From contig LSRY02000008.1 of NCBI GenBank assembly GCA_001643675.2, forward strand, positions 186,001-250,000: a stretch of DNA of 64,000 nucleotides. The letters run 5' to 3'. Position numbers and translations under genes: made by a program. Positions 60,900 to 64,000 of this stretch are shown piece after piece (position 1 is the first letter of the stretch; each line of letters starts with the position of its first letter). Below the pieces are notes generated by a model, which searched no databases, had not been told where the DNA came from, and worked only from the letters and a program-made list of their open reading frames with translations. The DNA comes from Monocercomonoides exilis PA203. Its lineage: Eukaryota; Protista; Preaxostyla.

Positions 60900-61460
60900 T
60901 TTTCAAAAAATTGAGACAACTTTTTTCCAAACATTAAAAAAAAGGTTATGAAAGATTCTGCTGCTGATTCTTTATTTCTTTATGGGGATACAAAATAAAA
61001 CTGCAAAGAATCTATTGGATCTATCATATAACAGCGTTAATTATTGGTATATTATTTGTGGCGTAGCGTGTTCGAATTTTTTGATTGAGCATCCCATAAT
61101 TTCAGGTGGAACTGGGATCGTTGTTGAAATCGATGAAGCAATTTTTAGGAGGAGAAAGTCCAAAAGAGGTCGCTCAAAATGGAAGCTATGTGTATTTGGA
61201 GCTATTGAGAGGAAAATAGATGGAACATTCAGAAAAAAATGATTTGCATTGAAAAATCGGGAAAAAGAATGCTCCTGTAACCTATTATTCAAGCCCACAT
61301 TTAAAAAGAATTTTCAAAAATGAGTAATGAATGGGCTCCATGTAAAGTTTAAAATAATTTGAATAATGAACACAAGATTGTCACACGTAAAAGTTTCTTT
61401 AGAGTTCCAATTTCATGAGCTTGTCCTTAAACCGTTCAATAAGTGTGTCTCAAGATGAAA
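60900..61460 (+). mobile_element. Third Merlin/ISXO2 transposase relic
   Basis: GGTGIVVEIDEAIFRRRKSKRGR...VFGAIER, similar to the 56126-56903 copy; heavily decayed flanks. Confidence 0.8.
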
Positions 61461-61810
61461 ATATTCTTTCATTAATAAGGGTTTTGTCATGAGTTTTTTT
61501 AATATTGTTTTGTTAACTCTTTTTGTTAAAAGTGTATTTAAAGAAGATCAAATTCAGATATTTGGAATGGTTTGTTAATTTGATCATCTGATAATTTAAG
61601 AAAAAGTTGATACAGAGGTTATCACATCAGGTGTTGCGGATTTCTGACGACATAATTGAAGATACATATTCATCAAGTGGAGAAACTGACAGTAACTGTT
61701 TAGGTGCTTGCAATGGCTCTTCTGCTTCAGGTTTCACCGAATAATAATTAATTTTCCTTTCTATTTTCTTCAAATTACTCGATTCAAACCCAATTATCAC
61801 ACATTTCGAA

Positions 61811-62218
61811 TATAGTATCTTTCATAATAGGCGGACACTTTCCTAATGACAGGACAGAAGCCTTTTCTCAGCAGCTAATGAATGTAGAATTTTGATTTTT
61901 TCCAACATCAATCGTAAGGTGAATATGAGTAATGAAGCATTCTGAGAATACTTCATTCTTGTTCATTCATTTTTTAAAAATAAATTTTGTTTTTCGGAGA
62001 AATAGGAAATCATTTGTTTTTTCGAATTCCTCCGAAATACAAAATTTATTTTTAAAAAATGAATGAACAAGAATGAAGTATTCTCAGAATGCTTCATTAC
62101 TCATATTCACCTTACGATTGATGTTGGAAAAAATCAAAATTCTTCATTCATTAGCTGCTGAGAAAAGGCTACTGTCCTGCCATTAGGAAAGTGGCAACCT
62201 ATTATGAAAGTTACAATA
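61811..62218. repeat. Long inverted repeat (hairpin): ~190-bp arms, ~30-nt spacer
   Basis: 61819-61999 pairs with 62030-62210 with few mismatches. Confidence 0.92.
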
Positions 62219-63190
62219 ACAATAAACTTAATTACGAACAAAATAAACAAAATAGGAAGTGGAAGTTGCTTTTTCTATTGCAAATATGTGATACAATATG
62301 TTTCACTTTACTGTTTTTTATCGTGATTTTTTTAATATAAGTTTATGTTAACTTTTCAAAAAGACATTCCCATATTACAATTAATCATATTTTTAGCTTT
62401 TTGGATAAAAGTTGATAATTTATGAAATACTTCGTTGAAGAGATGTTTTACATGATAAACTAATTTTTTATAGAAAAAATGAATGCTGAACATCGTGCTT
62501 ATGGATTATTTTGTGAAGAAGAACATTCGCAAACAGTTCTTTTTCGAATGGATTGTTCACTTCGTAAATGTCAATCGATCTCGTTTTATCACGGGCGTTG
62601 AATATTTCCATATTTTGAAGGAGAAAGGAAAGAAAAGAAATTAACCTTTTGTTGTGAATGCAGTTTCTATTCAGAAAATTGATTGAAAAATATATCATTC
62701 CTCATCATCTTACGCTTTTTCCAGTCACATGTGATTATGCTGGTTTTGATGAGTTTTTTCTTTTTGCAGTTTAGATTGTTTTGATTTTTACAATTTCAGA
62801 GATTGCGCCCCAATTGCTGGACATTATAAATAGAGAACTTGGAGGAAACGTTATTGAGAAAATTGAGCTGCACGGAATACACCTGGTGCGCAGTACAATC
62901 CATTTTTTAAATAAATATTTTGAACTTTGAATTTGTTGTGTTTTCAATTTCAGAAAAGTTTTTGGAAAGGATTAGTTTCGGGGCAGCAAGAGCTTTATGT
63001 TGAATTGATAAGATTGAGAGTGAATTGGCCTTTTTGTTTGTCCTGCGCACAAAATTCAAAGCAAAATGCGGATAGCAAAGAAACGAGCAGCAAAGAAGCA
63101 GACACATCAAAGCAGCAACTGGATGAAGATATCCTCCTGAAGAAAATTGAGAAACTGTTTGACTATTTTTTTACTTTATCTTTTAGATTC

Positions 63191-63252
<62 letters not shown>

Positions 63253-64000
63253 CCAATATTCTTTCTATCCTTCGAGCATTTCAGGATGCAGCGTTATTTG
63301 GACGTGGAGTTATTTTCGGCAGCTGTGATCAACCGGATCGTATTAGATGTGCATTCATTTAAGCCACCCCCGGAAAGAAAGAAGGAGAAAATTGGAATTT
63401 CTATTGTGATTGAGAACTTTCACGTGTGGAGAGGGAAAGAGAAAGAGAAAGGGAAAGAGAAAGAGAAAGAGAAAGAGAAGAAGGAGAAGAAGAAAGAGAA
63501 AGAGAAAGGGAAAGGGAAAGGGAAAAGGAACGAAACAAGAGAAAATCACAGAAATGAGCTGATAAAGAGCGAAAAATGGGTGACGATTGAGGCAGTAAAG
63601 GCAGATCTGGTTGTGTTTGCGAGTCATTGGCTGGTTTGTCCCTGTGATTCAGACAGAAGAGGAGGAGAAAGAGGAAGAGGAAGAGGAGGAGAAAGAGGAG
63701 AAAGAGGAGAAAGAGGAGGAAGTGATCAAGGAAGATATATTCGTTTGCCTTTGTTTTCTTTACTGCCTTCTGCTTCTGCCTCTGCTTCTTCTTCTTCTTC
63801 TTCTTCTCTTTCATTATCTTCTTCCTCTTCCTCTTCCTCTTCTTCTTCTTCTTCATTGAATTTAAGAGATATTTCAAATATTTCTCAGCCACTTCACAAA
63901 ATTCCTCATAATCCTCCAGAAAACAAGAAAGCTTCAAATAAAAAGAAGGAAAAAGAGGAAAAAGAGAAGAAGAAAGAAAATGAAAAAAGAGAAGAAGAAA

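Noticed and set aside
1-64000. Genome-wide TAA/TAG=Gln code
   Set aside because: Intact genes end in TAG (2282, 22677) and TAA (3949), and long ORFs lack internal TAR codons.
62790-64000. Possible multi-exon gene at the window end
   Set aside because: The fragments are coding-like, but no consistent exon chain or domain could be supported.

Overview
Eukaryotic DNA with GT-AG introns, GA/CT microsatellites and no operons. Gene-family signatures suggest an oxymonad such as Monocercomonoides (inference, not verified by search). Positions 1-17.4 kb are gene-dense and apparently intact: a divergent PABP-like gene, two paralogous coiled-coil genes, a six-Ubl + Zn-domain + RING-H2 E3 ligase, ARM/HEAT-like genes, an EXPERA/TMEM97-like gene and a 2-TM Cys-rich protein. 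Positions 17.4-64 kb are largely AT-rich and dominated by DNA transposons and decayed genes. The main structure is a family of GGCATAGGTGTA-ended elements carrying receptor-pseudokinase gene cargo. One 4.9-kb non-autonomous copy (31533-36429) has ~350-bp TIRs and an 8-bp TSD. An 8.2-kb fold-back copy (47961-56125) has 2150-bp inverted arms, each containing the receptor gene, flanking a Merlin/ISXO2 transposase. Also present: a 25 x 30-aa repeat protein with hypervariable positions, an intron-containing Sola-like transposase with an in-frame perfect 30-bp minisatellite, further Merlin and pogo relics, a pogo-type MITE and a ~190-bp-arm hairpin.
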